NCBI GenBank assembly: GCA_965226805.1
Contig: CBDDDW010000019.1
Span: 31,400 to 95,399 of the forward strand
DNA: 64,000 nucleotides
Reading direction: 5' to 3'
Source of the DNA: Dehalococcoidia bacterium
Lineage (GTDB): Bacteria; Chloroflexota; Dehalococcoidia; Lucifugimonadales; JAGWBF01
Shown: positions 61,467 through 64,000 of the stretch, in pieces
Numbering within the stretch: the stretch's first letter is position 1
How the letters are laid out: every line of letters begins with the position of its first letter
Program-made: the position numbers and the translations under genes
The notes under the pieces: generated by a model
Databases searched by the model: none
What the model saw: the letters and a program-made list of their open reading frames with translations, nothing else
What the model was told of the DNA's origin: nothing

Positions 61467-64000
61467 CACCCACTCCTCCGACGGGCCAACTCAACGATCC
61501 GATTCGCCAGATCCTCCAATCGATCCTCGGTGTAGTCGTCCGTGGGCCTGAGCTCCCGCTTGATGTCGCGGCGCATCTCCCGCAGGACCTCCAAATTCGA
61601 CTGCCAGTCGATAACGGCGTTGTGGTGGTTGACCACGGACTCGACCCTCCGTGCGACGTTCTTCGTCTCTTCGTCGAAGTGCGCCCGGTACGGAGTCTGC
61701 TCCTCGCCTATGGCCGAGTCGGTAGCTGGCTCATCTGAGAGGCCGTCGAGCAGTTCGTAGATGGCGAAGGACACCGGAGACAGGCCGTGCTCGGCGGCAA
61801 TGTCAGCTTCGCTCTGGGCGTGATGCCGTAGCAGAGCAAGGCGGCGGCATGCTTCCGCCGAGTCTATCAGCCGGTTCCGAAGGTCTTCGATGATGCGTGC
61901 AAGCTGCGCCGAGAGTTTCTCGAAGAACACGGGGTTGTCGGCCAAGCGGTCATGTATCTGAGCCCGGATCGCGTGCTCCATGATCGAGGCCCGTGCCTCG
62001 TCGTGCGGCAGCGCGGCGATCTTCTGCTCGAAGTCACCGTCGAGTATGGATACCGGCTTCATCAATTCGCGGACATTGGCGCTGATGCGCTCGTCCACCA
62101 GCCTCTTCACCTTCGCCCCGATCTCGGTCCAGTCCGCGTCGGCGTCCTCGCGAAGGAACTGAGCCCGGACGTAGGCCCGTATCTCCGTAAGCCGAGCGAG
62201 CCGGTCTGTGTAGTCCAGTGCTCGCGGGTCGGGCAGGAAGCGGTCCATGAGGAGGGAGAACCGGCGGTAGTCCGCGTTGAACCGCTCGAACAGATCGGCC
62301 TTGAAGTTGCCCTCGGTCGAGGCGTCGGGAGCGAAGACGCTGACGCACGCCCAGGTGTCACTCAGGTCGCGGCTCTTGAAGTGGGACTCCGCCTGGACGG
62401 CGGCCGCCTCGATGACCGGTGCCGGGTCCTCGTCCATCTCGCGCATCGTGTCCTGCACGTCCGGCCAATCGAACGTCGAGAGCGCATCCTCCAGGTCTCG
62501 CGAGACGCCGTGGTAGTCGATGACCAGGCCGTGGGTCTTGTCGGTGGGCACCCCGTCCTGCTCATGGGAGAAGCGCCGGTTCACCCGGGCGATAGCCTGG
62601 AGCAGCCCGTGTTCCCTCAGCGCCCGGTCCAGGTACAGCGCCTGCTCCACCGGCGCGTCGAAGCCAGTAAGCAGCATGTCTACCACGACGAGCACCTCCG
62701 GCTCCCCCTCCGGATCGACGAAGGCGTTGACGACCTGCTCCTGGTCGAGCTCGCGGGCCACCTTGAACTCCGGACCATCGTTGGGGGCAGCGGTGATGAC
62801 GGGATAGGCGCGCAGGCCGAAGCTGTTCAGGCGTTCCGCGTACCGCAGGGCGGCGGCCCGGCTCGGCGCGACGATCTGCGCCTTGAACCCGTTGGGCCGC
62901 ACCTTCCCCTTGAAGTGCTCGGCGATGTCCAGGGCGATCATCTCGATGCGCCGCTCCGCCTCGGCGACCGTCTCCTTGTTGGCGTAGCGGCGGCGAATCT
63001 GGGCCTGGACCGCGGGCGGCTCGTCACCAAACATGGCCTCGTACAGCCTGTCCAGGGTCTCCGGCCCCTCGACGGCGAGCTCGGGCAGCCGCGCCTCGTA
63101 CCAGATGGACACAGTTGCGCCGTCGGCCACTGACTGCGGAATGGTGTAGGTGTCGATGAGGGGACCGAAGCGCCCTATGGTGCTGCGCTTGAAGTCCTTT
63201 TCTATCGGCGTGCCGGTGAAGCCCACCATCACCGCGTTGGGCAGGGCTTTGGACATGCGCCCGCCGAGAATGCCGTACTGCGTGCGGTGGGCCTCGTCCA
63301 CCATGACGATGACGTTCTCCGAGGCGTTGAGCACGTCAAGCTCGCCCTCAGGGGCCGTCAACGCCTCCGCGAACTTCTGGATGGTCGTCATCACCGTACG
63401 GCTGCCGCCTTCCTTTAGGACGCCCTGCAAGTCGAGAGGGTCGCGTTGATCTGGCCTTTGCATCCGGCGGCGCGCTCGGCGTTCGGGCGGCTCAGGGCGC
63501 GACCGGTCCATCCTCTCCGGGGCCGGGAAGCCGCAGCGCTCAAAGGTGCCGGCGATCTGCCGGTCCAGCTGCCTGCGGTCGGTGACCACGACGATGGTAG
63601 GATTGCCTAAGCGGGGCTCGCGGCGCAGCTTGGTCGCCAGCCACAGCATCGTCAGCGACTTGCCCGATCCCTGCGTGTGCCAGACAACGCCTCCCCGCTC
63701 CTCCGGCTTGCGGCCCGATAGGAGGCGGTCCAGCGCCGCACGGACGGCTCGGTACTGCTGGTAACGGGGCAGCTTCTTCACCAGCCGCCCCCGCTCCGGC
63801 TCGTAGACCACGTAGTCGCGGAGAATGTCCAGCAGGGTCGCCGGGGACAGTAGGCCCACGATGAGCTGCGCCTGCCCCTGCGGCTCGACACGGAAGCGCC
63901 CCTGAACCTCATCCTCGGTGTACGGCAGCACCGACTTCCACTCGAAGTAGGCGTTCTCCGGAGCGCCGAGGGTGGCGTAGGCTGCGGCTGCCCCGCAGTG
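61463..64000 (-). CDS. hsdR: Type I restriction endonuclease subunit R (5' end outside window)
   Basis: RYQQY.AV, WHTQGSGKS, TDR..LD.Q, TTIQKF, DEAHR, GFTGTP, DMLLTGFD, LLQAIARVNR. Confidence 0.95.
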   Translation of the reverse strand, partial: HCGAAAAYATLGAPENAYFEWKSVLPYTEDEVQGRFRVEPQGQAQLIVGLLSPATLLDILRDYVVYEPERGRLVKKLPRYQQYRAVRAALDRLLSGRKPEERGGVVWHTQGSGKSLTMLWLATKLRREPRLGNPTIVVVTDRRQLDRQIAGTFERCGFPAPERMDRSRPEPPERRARRRMQRPDQRDPLDLQGVLKEGGSRTVMTTIQKFAEALTAPEGELDVLNASENVIVMVDEAHRTQYGILGGRMSKALPNAVMVGFTGTPIEKDFKRSTIGRFGPLIDTYTIPQSVADGATVSIWYEARLPELAVEGPETLDRLYEAMFGDEPPAVQAQIRRRYANKETVAEAERRIEMIALDIAEHFKGKVRPNGFKAQIVAPSRAAALRYAERLNSFGLRAYPVITAAPNDGPEFKVARELDQEQVVNAFVDPEGEPEVLVVVDMLLTGFDAPVEQALYLDRALREHGLLQAIARVNRRFSHEQDGVPTDKTHGLVIDYHGVSRDLEDALSTFDWPDVQDTMREMDEDPAPVIEAAAVQAESHFKSRDLSDTWACVSVFAPDASTEGNFKADLFERFNADYRRFSLLMDRFLPDPRALDYTDRLARLTEIRAYVRAQFLREDADADWTEIGAKVKRLVDERISANVRELMKPVSILDGDFEQKIAALPHDEARASIMEHAIRAQIHDRLADNPVFFEKLSAQLARIIEDLRNRLIDSAEACRRLALLRHHAQSEADIAAEHGLSPVSFAIYELLDGLSDEPATDSAIGEEQTPYRAHFDEETKNVARRVESVVNHHNAVIDWQSNLEVLREMRRDIKRELRPTDDYTEDRLEDLANRIVELARRRSGW

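Noticed and set aside
61952-63133. Long antisense ORFs (also 14533-15426, 18724-19569, 23887-24663)
   Set aside because: Shadows of real genes on the opposite strand caused by GC-rich codon bias; no motifs.
1-64000. CRISPR array or cas genes; reverse transcriptase systems
   Set aside because: No regularly spaced direct repeats and no Cas or RT motifs were seen.

Overview
GC-rich bacterial DNA whose gene content (orphan XDH-family molybdoenzyme, paired M24 peptidases, amidases, MmgE/PrpD, LigAB, DUF6282-like, TilS) is consistent with Chloroflexota, probably Dehalococcoidia/SAR202-like (inference). About 1-30 kb is a catabolic region for aromatics, amides and N-heterocycles, including a Co-type nitrile hydratase. 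It contains several pseudogene scars, three families of REP-like palindromes and an IS3 nested in an IS481. About 30-49.5 kb mixes housekeeping genes with IS630, two IS1380 copies and copies of a two-ORF IS3/IS481-type element. About 49.5-64 kb is a decayed integrative island: serine-recombinase remnant, P4-type primase with a candidate ori, ParB-DNA methylase, RAMA-domain protein, unknown genes, DUF4238 split by an IS630-derived MITE, and M48 protease plus type I HsdR. The most notable observation is a 7.8-kb segment (49970-57763) that is reciprocally inverted through a shared 6-bp core GAGGCA. This core is the spacer of a palindromic motif, CACTAY-N6-RTAGTG, that recurs three times in the same orientation in the reconstructed island, suggesting an undescribed recombination or binding site. 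All calls come from reading the sequence; no database searches were run.
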